A DNA stretch of 64,000 nucleotides from an uncultured Clostridia bacterium. Its GTDB lineage: Bacteria; Bacillota; Clostridia; TANB77; CAG-508. This document shows positions 9,182 through 19,227 of this stretch, in pieces (within the stretch, counting starts at the first letter, position 1; the number at the start of each line of letters is the position of its first letter). Below the pieces are notes generated by a model, which worked only from the letters and a program-made list of their open reading frames with translations, made no database searches and was not told where the DNA came from. Where the stretch lies: assembly GCA_904419495.1 (NCBI GenBank), contig CAJFRV010000012.1, positions 7,133 to 71,132 on the forward strand. Reading direction: 5' to 3'. Both the position numbers and the translations under genes were made by a program.

Positions 9182-10495
9182 TTACATACCAGTTACTGGT
9201 AATATTTTTTGATAGCTCATTTCTTTTTTATCTACTGTTTTTTCAATTTCAGGCTTTTCTTCTTTTTGATTATTTACAACTACTGTTATTTCTTCATTCA
9301 AATTCACATTTACTTCAATTAAATCCTCATATATCTCATATCCACTAACTGTTCTTGCCTCTTTTATATAATATGTACCCGGGATAATATTTTCTATTTT
9401 TATACGTCCATCACTACCTGTTTGTAAATTTGTATATAGTACATTTTTATTTTCATCTAATAACTGAAATTCTACACCTTGTAATTTTTGTTTTGTTTCT
9501 TTATCTTGTTTTTCTATGATAATTTTTGTCTCATTTCTACTATAATTATCTTTTATATTTCCTGTACCATCTTCGTAAGTATCAGCAGTTAACGCGTAAT
9601 CTTGCAAATTAGAATCTGGTGCTTTTCCATATAAAATAGGTTTTGTTTCTATTTTCGTTTCTATATGTATTTGTATTGTCTTATCTCCTGTCATGTTTTT
9701 TATAGGAATTAGTATTTTAAATATTTCATTTGCATTAAATTCTGCTTTTGTGTTATTATTCTCATCTGTTATTTTAATACCATCTATTATTTGACCATTT
9801 TCATCTGTTATTCGGACTTTATAATTATCTATCCTTGTATTTGCATTTACCTTATACTTTTTAGATACATAGTGCAATTCTACATTATCTTGCTCCCAAT
9901 ACTCTTGTAACCTTTGAATATCTACCTGATTGGAAATTTGTACTTCCTTAGAGTTATTAGCATCATTTATAATCTTATACATTGCATTTAATGTTCTTTG
10001 TCCTGCTTCTCCAATTGGTGTATAATCACTTAATTGATTTCCATGAATATAACTATAAATTGCATGTTTTGTAGCTGTAAAAGCTTCTTCTTTGCTAGCC
10101 ACCCCTAATTCCTCTATGGTTTTGTATGGATATCCATTTGTAATGATTTTCCAAAGTTTAACATCTTGTATTGCCTTATCAATTGAAACTGTATAACTTC
10201 CTTCTTCTGCTCCGGGTTTTGTTTTATCCATACAATAAGCAGGATATAATTTCCCATTATCTTCATATGCAATATATGTTGTTTTTACGATAATACCTTT
10301 ATATTTTAATAAACTTCCGCAATCTCCTATTGCTTGAACATTTGCTATATCTAAATTACTTGCAATAACAGAATTTGTAAAATTCAAAAAATTTAATACG
10401 ATAATAGCTAAAACAATAAATGTAACTTTTATATATTTTTTTATTTTATACAAATTATTTTCACATCCTTTTTCTATTATATAGGAAAAATCCAC
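9182..10495 (-). CDS. Secreted surface adhesin: thioester-domain-like N-terminal region plus a SpaA/CnaB-type fold, ending in LPVTG-M-stop
   Basis: 437 aa. Signal/anchor VTFIVLAIIVLNFLNFTNSVIA. The motif LYPAYCMDKTKPG resembles the Cys motif of Cys-Gln thioester adhesins. GVEFQLLDENKNVLYTNLQTGSDGRIKIENIIPGTYYIKEARTVSGYE is a typical SpaA/CnaB isopeptide-type domain. The C-terminus is ...QKILPVTGM*. Confidence 0.7.
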   Translation of the reverse strand: MDFSYIIEKGCENNLYKIKKYIKVTFIVLAIIVLNFLNFTNSVIASNLDIANVQAIGDCGSLLKYKGIIVKTTYIAYEDNGKLYPAYCMDKTKPGAEEGSYTVSIDKAIQDVKLWKIITNGYPYKTIEELGVASKEEAFTATKHAIYSYIHGNQLSDYTPIGEAGQRTLNAMYKIINDANNSKEVQISNQVDIQRLQEYWEQDNVELHYVSKKYKVNANTRIDNYKVRITDENGQIIDGIKITDENNNTKAEFNANEIFKILIPIKNMTGDKTIQIHIETKIETKPILYGKAPDSNLQDYALTADTYEDGTGNIKDNYSRNETKIIIEKQDKETKQKLQGVEFQLLDENKNVLYTNLQTGSDGRIKIENIIPGTYYIKEARTVSGYEIYEDLIEVNVNLNEEITVVVNNQKEEKPEIEKTVDKKEMSYQKILPVTGM

Positions 10496-10528
10496 TTTTT
10501 ATCTTACTTATATGTAGATTTTTTCGTT

Positions 10529-11128
10529 TTATTTTTCTACTCCTTGTATACATCTTCTGTATTCTGGTTCATTTTCAACACATGTAATTAATGTGATTTT
10601 GTTTTCTTTTGTATTTTCTAAATTACTCCAATCTGTATTTTGAATAATTTCATGTTTTGTAACAATATATGTTCTTTTTATATTTTTATATGTATATGTG
10701 ATTTCATCTCCTTCCTTTAATTCTTTTATTCTGCTAAAATAATTATTTTTATATCCTCTGTTATGTGCTGCTAAACATATATTTCCTCGTTCTTTAGGAG
10801 ATTCCTCAAAAAGTCCTACATAATCTTCTAGATTTTCTTTATTTGTTCCTTCTTGTATAGGAGCTTTTAACCCTATTTTTTCTATTTGGATATACCATTC
10901 ATTTTCATTATTTTGATTGATTTCTTCTTCATTATTTTTTTCTGAAATATGATTTGAATAAATTGAATTATTTTGATTTAAATTTTCTTCTGATATAAAA
11001 TTGGCTTTAAATTTCATTTTATTAATAGAATAGTCTATATAATTGATACAAAAATGCATACTTATACATACTATGATAGAAATAATAAAAGATACAATAT
11101 TAATAAATTTATTGGTATATATTAGAAT
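10529..11128 (-). CDS. Sortase (cysteine transpeptidase); start codon probably non-canonical
   Basis: The ORF track gives 176 aa from ATG 11059, carrying the sortase His (LAAHNRGY), the catalytic TLITC and a downstream Arg (EYRRC). The frame stays open upstream and encodes the expected membrane anchor ILIYTNKFINIVSFIISIIVCISMHFC. AAGGAGAG lies at 11143-11136. No ATG/GTG/TTG is available, so ATT at 11128-11126 (7 nt after the RBS) is the only plausible start. Confidence 0.7.
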   Translation of the reverse strand: MLIYTNKFINIVSFIISIIVCISMHFCINYIDYSINKMKFKANFISEENLNQNNSIYSNHISEKNNEEEINQNNENEWYIQIEKIGLKAPIQEGTNKENLEDYVGLFEESPKERGNICLAAHNRGYKNNYFSRIKELKEGDEITYTYKNIKRTYIVTKHEIIQNTDWSNLENTKENKITLITCVENEPEYRRCIQGVEK

Positions 11129-11314
11129 CTGTTTTCTCTCCTTAAAAATAATTTTTTATGCTTGTTTGGATTTTTTATTCGAATAAAATAATTGATTAAA
11201 TTTTTTAAATCTTGAACTAAAAAGTATAGTACTATATATACATAGTAATACATTTTTTCCCATTTGTAAAGAAGTTTTCATCGCAAAATTCGACATTCAT
11301 AATAGTTACAGTTC

Positions 11315-11497
11315 AACATTCTCACTAAGAGGGGCTATATATAAATTATATTTTAAGCGGGTTTCGTGGGGACCGACACGATACATATTGTTCATAAATC
11401 AGTGACTGCCTGCAGAAACTGATTTATCTACAATATGTAAAGTGTTGGGATAGCGAAAAATATAATTTATATATAGCCCCTCTTAGTGAGAAATGTT
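11315..11497. repeat. Foldback element, family 1, copy 2
   Basis: ctcactaagaggggctatatataaattatattt (11321-11353) is the exact reverse complement of aaatataatttatatatagcccctcttagtgag (11458-11490). The core GTTTCGTGGGGACCGACAC ... GTGTTGGGATAGCG is the same as in copy 1. Confidence 0.9.
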
Positions 11498-11501
11498 AAA
11501 C

Positions 11502-13007
11502 TTATATTTTCAAGTCTAATTCAAAATAGAATTCAACACCATTATCTTTATTAATCACACCATAATCATTTTTATAATTACTCATAATTGCCTTTACAAA
11601 TGATAAACCTATTCCTGTTCCTCCATCTGCTCTGTTTCTAGATTCATCAACTTTATAGAAACGATTCCAAATTCTTGTTAAATCTTCTTCTTTTATATTC
11701 ACACCTGTATTAAATACTTTTATTCTCACTTTATTTTTTTCTACATTTACCACATTTTCTATAATAATGCTTTTCTTCCCGTCTACTTCTTCAACATGTT
11801 TAATGGCATTTGTTAAGTAATTGGTAATAACTTGCTCAATATAGAAATCATCTGCAATAACACTAATTTCTTCAGGAGATTTTAATTCTACGTCTACTTG
11901 TTTTTCTTCTAACATAACTTTTGATTTTCTGATAACTTCTTTTTCTAACTCTACAATATTAAATTCTTTATCAGAAAACTCTCTTTTTCCATATTCAAGT
12001 TTCATTAGCTCTAATAGCTGTTTCACCAATTTATCCATTTTATTTGTTTCATCTAGAATAACTTCTGCATAAAATTTTCTACTTTCGTCGTCTGTATTGA
12101 CATTTTCTAATAACCCCTCACTATACCCTTGTATTAATGCTATTGGAGTTTTCAATTCATGTGATACATCTGATATAAAGCTTTTTCTCATCTCATCAAT
12201 TTTCGATTTTTCTTCTATATCTTTCTCTAATTCTATATTGGTTCTTCTTAATTGTTTAATTGTACTTTCCAACTTATCTGACATAAGATTAATGCTTTTT
12301 CCTAAGTTGTTAATTTCATCATCTGCCTCTGTTATTCGATATTTATGGCTAAAATCTAAATTTGCCATATTTTTTGCAATTGTATTTAATTCTAGTATCG
12401 GATCTGTAAATTTCCTACTTACAAAAGTTACAATAACAGCTGATATCAATATGGTAAATCCCGCAATTAAATATAAGAAATTATTAGAAATTTTAACACT
12501 TTCCTCTATAGAAGAAACTGGTATTCTAATATATAATAAATAACCATTATCTAGTTTAGCAGATAGTAAAATATAAGACACACCTGTTTTTTTATCTTTT
12601 AAACGCCTAATAATAAATTTATCATTTTCTTCTATTAATTCACCAGCATTTATCGCATTTGTCATGGCATTCATTTCTCCAAAAGTAGACAAAAAATCTT
12701 TATTTGATGTGAATACATTAATATTGTCATCATCTTTTATTAAAATATCAAAATTATTTTTTATTGCTAATTTTTCTAATTCAGAATTAATATCTATATC
12801 TGTTGGATTATTATAATAATTATTAATTACTTTATATACTTCTTTTAAATCGTTTGTTTTACTATATAAATAGAATTGACCAAATACAAAATTATTTACT
12901 AGAATTAAAAATAATATAATTAATAATATAACTAATGATAACATTAAAAATAGTTTCACTCTTACTGATTTTAATGCATTTTTTATTTTTCCCATTTTTA
13001 TTCCCAT
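11502..13007 (-). CDS. Sensor histidine kinase (2 TM, HAMP, HisKA, HATPase_c)
   Basis: 501 aa. H-box FISDVSHELKTPIA, N-box NYLTNAIKH, G-box GGTGIGLSFVKAI. The start may be the internal ATG at 12995 (MGKIKN...), which has better RBS spacing. Confidence 0.85.
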   Translation of the reverse strand: MGIKMGKIKNALKSVRVKLFLMLSLVILLIILFLILVNNFVFGQFYLYSKTNDLKEVYKVINNYYNNPTDIDINSELEKLAIKNNFDILIKDDDNINVFTSNKDFLSTFGEMNAMTNAINAGELIEENDKFIIRRLKDKKTGVSYILLSAKLDNGYLLYIRIPVSSIEESVKISNNFLYLIAGFTILISAVIVTFVSRKFTDPILELNTIAKNMANLDFSHKYRITEADDEINNLGKSINLMSDKLESTIKQLRRTNIELEKDIEEKSKIDEMRKSFISDVSHELKTPIALIQGYSEGLLENVNTDDESRKFYAEVILDETNKMDKLVKQLLELMKLEYGKREFSDKEFNIVELEKEVIRKSKVMLEEKQVDVELKSPEEISVIADDFYIEQVITNYLTNAIKHVEEVDGKKSIIIENVVNVEKNKVRIKVFNTGVNIKEEDLTRIWNRFYKVDESRNRADGGTGIGLSFVKAIMSNYKNDYGVINKDNGVEFYFELDLKI

Positions 13008-13018
13008 CCTTAGGTAAA

Positions 13019-13696
13019 TTATTTTACCTCAAATTTATATCCAACCCCTCTCATAGTTTGAATATATTTTCCTTTCTTACCTAATTTATGTCTGATTTTC
13101 TTAATATGACTATCAATTGTTCTAGAATCTCCATAATAGTCGTAGTTCCATACATTATTTAATATTTTATCTCTTGATAAAGCTATATTTTCATTATCCA
13201 CTAAATAAGTTAATAACTCATATTCTCTTAAACTTAATTCAATTGGTTTTCCATCTACTTTTACAGTTCTTCCTTCCTTGTCAATTTCAATTCCACCATA
13301 ATTCTTTACTTCTTTTTTATCTTGATTTGTTCTTTTTAATATAGCTTCTACACGTGCAACCAAGATTTTAGGACTAAACGGCTTAGAAATATATTCATCA
13401 ACACCTAATTCAAATCCAAATAATTCATCTTGTTCTTCTCCTCTTGCTGTTAGCATGATAATTGGTACTTTTGAGTCCTGTCTAATTTGTCTTAGAACAG
13501 ACCAACCGTCTAATTTTGGCATCATAACATCTAATAAAATAAGACTAATTTTATTTTTATTTTCTTCAAATACCTCTAATCCCTTTTCTCCATCCTCTGC
13601 TTCTAATATACTATATCCTTTTACTACTAAAAAATCTTTAATTAATTTTCTCATTCTTTGTTCATCATCTACTACTAAAATACAGTTATTTAGCAT
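13019..13696 (-). CDS. OmpR/PhoB-family response regulator
   Basis: ORF track 13019..13705 (GTG start). ATG 13696 (MLNNCILVVDDE) lies 9 nt after AGGAG. Receiver motifs DDE, LILLDVMMPKLDG and LTARGEE; winged-helix C-terminus (RTIDSHIKKIRHKL, MRGVGYKF). Confidence 0.9.
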   Translation of the reverse strand: MLNNCILVVDDEQRMRKLIKDFLVVKGYSILEAEDGEKGLEVFEENKNKISLILLDVMMPKLDGWSVLRQIRQDSKVPIIMLTARGEEQDELFGFELGVDEYISKPFSPKILVARVEAILKRTNQDKKEVKNYGGIEIDKEGRTVKVDGKPIELSLREYELLTYLVDNENIALSRDKILNNVWNYDYYGDSRTIDSHIKKIRHKLGKKGKYIQTMRGVGYKFEVK

Positions 13697-13890
13697 ATTT
13701 ATCACTCCTATTTTATCATTATTATATATTATACATAGGTTTTATGTCTATATTGTGAAAAAAATTTATTTATTTTAAAAAACCCCTGAGTCATTCCATC
13801 ATCTTTTTCAAAGTCTTTTTACCAATCACTTAAACGATAAACTTTGAAAAATACAGGAAATAATTCAGAGATTTTAAATATATTTTTATT

Positions 13891-14967
13891 TTAATTTTTT
13901 ACATATACTGTTTTCGTATCATATGCTAATTCAACATTTTCTTCTCTTAATATTTTCATTATTTTTATATTAATATCTTCTACTTCTTTCAAATAACTTG
14001 CATAGTCTACTGAATTTGTATACGTATAAATTAATACATTTATACCATTATCTGTTATTTGATCAAATCTTACAATAATTGAATCGTCAAAAACACTTTC
14101 TCTTTCTTGTAGCATTTTTTCAATTTTTGCTTTTAATAATTCTAATTTTTCTAAAGGTGTATCTAATTCTACACATAAATTTGTCTTATATCTTCTTTTT
14201 TCCATTTTGCTCCAATTTGTTACAGAAGCATCTGCAATAATTGCATTTGGGATATTGACTAATGCATTTTCAAATGTTCTAATTCTCGTTGTTCTAAATG
14301 TAATATCTTCAATTGTTCCTTCATAATTGTCCATTTCAATCCAGTCACCAACTACAAATGGTTTATCAATGAAAATAACTACTCCACCAAATAAGTTTTT
14401 AGCAGTATCTTGTGCAGCAAGTGTTACAATAACACCACCTAATCCCAAACCTGCAATTAGTCCTGTTAAATTAATTTCTAGGATTGCCAATACTAAAAAT
14501 ATAGCAACAATATAGATAAGCACTCTTGTAACTTTTAATACAAATTCAAATACAGTATCATCCATTTTTTGGCTTAAGCTTTTTCTTAATTTTCTTCCTA
14601 AAATCGTTTTTGAAGTAAAACTATTTGCTAACCCTACTGCAATTTCTATCACGCTAATAATTTTAAATACTTTTGTTACAATATCCATTACTTGTTCATT
14701 GATTTGCAAAGGTACTCTTAAAAATACAATGGCTAAATAAATCCCTAAAATAATGAAAAATATCTTTAGTGGTTTAAAAAATGCACTTTCTTTAATTTCT
14801 TTTGCTTTTTTACTTTTTATTTTAAATATTCTAATAATCATATAGGAAAATGTACCACTTAATATTCTAAAAAATATAATAATACCAATAGCTATGATAA
14901 CATCTACAATTTGTATAGATATTAGTCTATTCCAAAAATCAACTAACTGCTCCATAATTTCCTCCAA
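13891..14967 (-). CDS. Mechanosensitive ion channel, MscS family
   Basis: 358 aa. Several TM helices, then the conserved pore/beta-domain junction NLFGGVVIFIDKPFVVGDWIE. Confidence 0.8.
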   Translation of the reverse strand: MEEIMEQLVDFWNRLISIQIVDVIIAIGIIIFFRILSGTFSYMIIRIFKIKSKKAKEIKESAFFKPLKIFFIILGIYLAIVFLRVPLQINEQVMDIVTKVFKIISVIEIAVGLANSFTSKTILGRKLRKSLSQKMDDTVFEFVLKVTRVLIYIVAIFLVLAILEINLTGLIAGLGLGGVIVTLAAQDTAKNLFGGVVIFIDKPFVVGDWIEMDNYEGTIEDITFRTTRIRTFENALVNIPNAIIADASVTNWSKMEKRRYKTNLCVELDTPLEKLELLKAKIEKMLQERESVFDDSIIVRFDQITDNGINVLIYTYTNSVDYASYLKEVEDINIKIMKILREENVELAYDTKTVYVKN

Positions 14968-15147
14968 TATGAAAATGAATTATTTTTCAACTTGATTGGA
15001 AAAGAATTAAATTCCTTTCTCTTTAGTTTGGAAGAAAATTATTACTTGACTAGGCAACCAAATTTTAAATTTATGAGGTGTACTTTTGTACGTCGATTAA
15101 ATTTAAAATTCAGGTTAACAACGTCAAATGGCAATTATCTTTCAAAC

Positions 15148-16356
15148 TTATCCCATGTAATCTCTAAGCTTCTTACTCCTACTTGGATGTCTTAATTTTC
15201 TTAATGCCTTTGCTTCTATTTGTCTAATTCTTTCTCTTGTTACTTGAAATTCTCTTCCCACTTCTTCTAATGTTCTTGATTTTCCATCTTCTAGTCCAAA
15301 CCTTAATTTTAATACTTTTGCCTCCCTTGGTGTTAATGTATTCATTACCTCTTCTAATTGTTCTCTTAGCATTGTATAAGCTGCTGAATCTTGAGGGGCT
15401 GGTGAATCATCATCTTGTATAAAATCTCCTAAATGACTATCATCTTCTTCACCAATTGGTGTTTCTAGAGATACTGGATCTTGTGCAATTTTCTGAATTT
15501 CAATAACTTTTTCAACTGGTATTTCCATTTCAGCTGCAATTTCTTCTGGGGTTGGTTCTCTTCCTAATTGTTGTAATAAATGTCTAGAAGTTCTAATTAA
15601 TTTATTAATTGTTTCTACCATGTGTACGGGAATTCTAATTGTTCTTGCTTGGTCTGCAATTGCTCTTGTAATAGCTTGTCTAATCCACCATGTTGCATAT
15701 GTGCTAAATTTGAATCCCTTTGTATAATCAAATTTTTCAACTGCTTTAATTAATCCCATATTTCCTTCTTGTATTAAATCTAAAAATAGCATTCCTCTTC
15801 CAACATATTTTTTCGCAATACTTACTACTAATCTTAAATTTGATTCAGCTAATTTCTGTTTTGCTTCTTCATCACCTTTTAACACTTTTTTTGCTAAATC
15901 TAATTCTTCATCAAAAGTAAGTAATGGAATTCTTCCAATTTCTCTCAAGTACATTCTTACTGGATCATCTACGTTTATTCCTTCATAACTAGTATCTGTA
16001 ATTTCATCTAATTTTAATTCTTCTACTTCTTTTAAATCTTCTATGTCTGGTTCTTCATCCATATCGTCTTGTAATAAATCCACTCCTAGTTCTTCAAAAG
16101 CGTCAAATACTTTATCAATTTGGTCTGGATTTACATCATCTAATTCAGATGCTAAGTCTCCATATGTGATTTTTCCCTTTTCTTTTGCTTTTTTTAATAT
16201 ATTATTTACTTTTTCTTCTTTTAATTTTTTGGTTTCTTCTGTTTCTTCTGTTCTTTTTGAATCTTCTACTTTTTCTGCTTTTTCATGTGCTTTCTTTCTT
16301 ACTTTCTCAATTTTTTCTTTCATTTCTTCTTGTTTGTTCTCTTCTTTTTTTACCAT
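15148..16356 (-). CDS. rpoD: Primary RNA polymerase sigma factor RpoD/SigA
   Basis: 402 aa. Acidic N-terminus; region 2 [30 protein letters not shown]; region 4.2 [30 protein letters not shown]. It sits immediately downstream of dnaG, as in the classic operon. Confidence 0.95.
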   Translation of the reverse strand: MVKKEENKQEEMKEKIEKVRKKAHEKAEKVEDSKRTEETEETKKLKEEKVNNILKKAKEKGKITYGDLASELDDVNPDQIDKVFDAFEELGVDLLQDDMDEEPDIEDLKEVEELKLDEITDTSYEGINVDDPVRMYLREIGRIPLLTFDEELDLAKKVLKGDEEAKQKLAESNLRLVVSIAKKYVGRGMLFLDLIQEGNMGLIKAVEKFDYTKGFKFSTYATWWIRQAITRAIADQARTIRIPVHMVETINKLIRTSRHLLQQLGREPTPEEIAAEMEIPVEKVIEIQKIAQDPVSLETPIGEEDDSHLGDFIQDDDSPAPQDSAAYTMLREQLEEVMNTLTPREAKVLKLRFGLEDGKSRTLEEVGREFQVTRERIRQIEAKALRKLRHPSRSKKLRDYMG

Positions 16357-16371
16357 TTTTTATTTTCACCC

Positions 16372-18159
16372 CTATCTAATTTTAGCTAATTTGATAATAA
16401 TATCACTTAGCTCTTTTTCTAATTCCTTTTTCATATTTTCTTCAGTTTGGTTTTCTAAAGTTTCTAATATTTGGAATTTTCTTTCATTTAACTTTTCTTT
16501 TTCATAACTTTGTATAACATCATCGATTGCTTTTTCCATATCGTCAATTCCATAATCTTCTGCCATTATCATAGTAATATGATTTTGTTCTTCTTCTGAT
16601 AAATTATCTATAATACCATTTATATTACTATTTCCATTATCAAACTCTTCATACAATTTTCTAGCTATTTTTTGATTAATAATATCTTTAAAATCTTCTA
16701 CTTGTATATTTTGTTTTATGATTTGATATACAGAAATATCTCCTGATAGTAAAATTGCCAAAACTGTATTTTCTCTTCTTTTTATTGCTTCAGAAACATT
16801 ATTTGTATTTATGTTTTCGGAATGCTTTATTACTGGTTTTGTTTTGTTTAATATTTTTTCATCACTAGTTTCTTTATATGTCAGTTTGTTTACTTCAGCA
16901 TAAATTGCTTCTTTTGAAACATCATATTCTTTTGCTATCTTTTCTATATACACTTCTCTTTCCATGCTGTTATCAATTTTAGAGATTAATTTTGCTATTT
17001 CATTTAAAAATTTTATTTTATCATTGGTATTTTCTAAATTCAAAGATTGTCTTAATATTTTGACTTTAAATTCAATAACAGAAATCGCTTTATCAACTAA
17101 ATTTTGAAATCTTGCATTTCCATATTGGATAACATATTCATCTGGATCCTTTGCACCTTCCATTTGTAAAACTCGAATATCACATCCCATATTTTGCAAT
17201 ATTTCCATTGCTCTTACCTTAGCAGTTTGTCCAGCTTCATCTGAATCATAACTTAAAATGATTTGCTCTGTATGATTTCTTAACAAATATCCTTGCTGTT
17301 GCGTTAGTGCTGTTCCTAAAGAGGCAACCACATTATGGATATCTCTTTGATGAAGAGATATCACATCCATATATCCTTCAACTATCAATAGTCTTTTTTT
17401 GATATCATATTTTTTAGCAACATTTAATCCATATAGATGTCTTCCTTTACTATATACAACATTTTCAGGAGAATTAATATATTTGGGTTTTGAATCATCT
17501 AAAACTCTTCCTCCAAATGCAATGACTCTCCCTCTTGCATCACATATAGGAAACATTAATCTGTTACGATATCGATCAATAAATTGTCCTCTTTCATTTT
17601 TATTTACTAAGCCAGACTCTAAAATTTCCCTATCTTCAAATCCCTGTTTTTTTAGTTCTCTATATAATTCATCAAATTTTCCTGAAAAACCAATTTGAAA
17701 AGATTTTAAAGTTTCATTTGACAATTTTCTTTTTTTTACATATTCTTGAGCAATTTTAGACTCTGGTTTATATAAGTTTTCATGATAATAGTTTGCCGTA
17801 AATTCATTTACTTTATACACTTTAGCTTTTAACGCTTCTTTTGCTGAATCCATATTGTTTTCTAAAGTTGGTAATTGAATATTCGCTCTTTCTGCTAAAA
17901 GTTGTACAGCTTCTACAAAATTAATTCCCTCAATTTTTGTTAAAAATGTAAAAACATTTCCTCCTACGCCACAACCAAAGCAATGAAATATTTGTTTTTC
18001 TGGAGATACTGAAAAAGATGGTGATTTTTCATTGTGAAAAGGACATAAACCAAAATAGTTTCTACCACTTCTTTTTAGTCTTACATATTGTGATATAACA
18101 TCTACAATATCATTGGATTGTCTTACATCATCAATGATTTCATCACTATATCTTGCCAT
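16372..18159 (-). CDS. dnaG: DNA primase DnaG
   Basis: ORF track 16372..18201. I prefer ATG 18159 (MARYSDEIIDD), which lies 7 nt after GGAGAGGAGG. CHC2 zinc finger CPFHNEKSPSFSVSPEKQIFHCFGCG; TOPRIM EGYMDVISL and SYDSDEAG. Confidence 0.95.
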   Translation of the reverse strand: MARYSDEIIDDVRQSNDIVDVISQYVRLKRSGRNYFGLCPFHNEKSPSFSVSPEKQIFHCFGCGVGGNVFTFLTKIEGINFVEAVQLLAERANIQLPTLENNMDSAKEALKAKVYKVNEFTANYYHENLYKPESKIAQEYVKKRKLSNETLKSFQIGFSGKFDELYRELKKQGFEDREILESGLVNKNERGQFIDRYRNRLMFPICDARGRVIAFGGRVLDDSKPKYINSPENVVYSKGRHLYGLNVAKKYDIKKRLLIVEGYMDVISLHQRDIHNVVASLGTALTQQQGYLLRNHTEQIILSYDSDEAGQTAKVRAMEILQNMGCDIRVLQMEGAKDPDEYVIQYGNARFQNLVDKAISVIEFKVKILRQSLNLENTNDKIKFLNEIAKLISKIDNSMEREVYIEKIAKEYDVSKEAIYAEVNKLTYKETSDEKILNKTKPVIKHSENINTNNVSEAIKRRENTVLAILLSGDISVYQIIKQNIQVEDFKDIINQKIARKLYEEFDNGNSNINGIIDNLSEEEQNHITMIMAEDYGIDDMEKAIDDVIQSYEKEKLNERKFQILETLENQTEENMKKELEKELSDIIIKLAKIR

Positions 18160-18261
18160 TGTATTACCTCCTCTCCTAAAATATTTCATATAACTATACA
18201 TAATTATATTATTCGACGTATTTTACATAAATCCTTCTACTTGTCAAAAAAAATGTCTGAT

Positions 18262-18428
18262 TGATGATTTTGGGTGTCAAGAGGCAGAGCGATGATTTTG
18301 GGGACGGAGCAAAAAATCATCATTTATTCTATAAAAAATTTTATAAAAGAATCTTTATAGAAATGATGATTTTTTGCTCCGTCCCTCCCCAAAATCATCG
18401 CTCTGCCTCTTGACACCCAAAATCATTA
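18262..18428. repeat. Foldback element, family 3 (arms of ~65 nt, near perfect)
   Basis: The left arm gatgattttgggtgtcaagaggcagagcgatgattttggggacggagcaaaaaatcatcattt pairs with aaatgatgattttttgctccgtccctccccaaaatcatcgctctgcctcttgacacccaaaatcat. There is one small bulge (ccct). Confidence 0.9.
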
Positions 18429-18436
18429 ATTGGATA

Positions 18437-19102
18437 CTAAGAATCATTCATTAGCATAATTTTATTATCTAATTTATTAACAATCTTAGCATAATTCACC
18501 AATTCTTTTGATTTCTTCTTATCAACTTTTTTATCTGTTTTATATTTCATTTTATGTTCTAAACTAGCCCAGAAATCCATAGCCATTGTACGTATTTGAA
18601 TTTCTACTTTGACATATATAATTTGCTTTGATAATGTAACTGGTACATTTACTATCATGTGATAACTAGAATACCCGCTTTCTTTTGGATGATTGACATA
18701 ATTTTTCTCTTTTTCAATATCAACTCCGGGTATTTTTTCTATTAGATTTCTTATTTTAAATATATCATCTTTTAATTGACATACTATCCTAACTCCAGCT
18801 ATATCATTTATATTTTCAATCATCTCTTTATATGTAAGTTTGCAACCCTTTTTAGTCATTTTGTTGATAATGCTTGCGGGACTTTTTATTCTAGTATTGA
18901 TATGATCAATCAAATCATAATTATAAAATACTTTAAATTCTTTTTGTAGGATATTCATTTTTGTTTCTAATTCACTTATCGCCATTTCATAAATTGTCAT
19001 AAGTTTTTCAAATGTATTTGTTTTCTCTTCTATTTTTTCATCATAACTTAAAAAGTTCTTCATTTCCACAATTCCCAATTCTTTGCTCTTATTTTTTTTC
19101 AT
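18437..19102 (-). CDS. relQ: Small alarmone synthetase (GTP pyrophosphokinase, RelQ/RelP type)
   Basis: ORF track 18437..19114 (TTG start); ATG 19102 (MKKNKSKE) is more likely. RelA_SpoT synthetase motifs RIKSPASIINKM, DIAGVRIVC, GYSSYHMIV and EIQIRTMAMDFWASLEHKMKYK. Confidence 0.85.
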   Translation of the reverse strand: MKKNKSKELGIVEMKNFLSYDEKIEEKTNTFEKLMTIYEMAISELETKMNILQKEFKVFYNYDLIDHINTRIKSPASIINKMTKKGCKLTYKEMIENINDIAGVRIVCQLKDDIFKIRNLIEKIPGVDIEKEKNYVNHPKESGYSSYHMIVNVPVTLSKQIIYVKVEIQIRTMAMDFWASLEHKMKYKTDKKVDKKKSKELVNYAKIVNKLDNKIMLMNDS

Positions 19103-19227
19103 ATCACATCTCAACTCCTTATATGATATTTCTTTTTCTTCCTCTTTAGTATATGCATATACTATCTGATTATTGTTTCTAAAACATATTTAAATTGTGT
19201 TTTTTTGATGAACTTATAAGAAGCACT

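Noticed and set aside
18437-19102. RelQ-like gene as a toxic small alarmone synthetase (toxSAS) toxin-antitoxin or defence module
   Set aside because: The sequence follows the housekeeping RelQ/RelP pattern throughout. There is no adjacent small antitoxin ORF and no fused C-terminal sensor domain. The neighbours are core genes.
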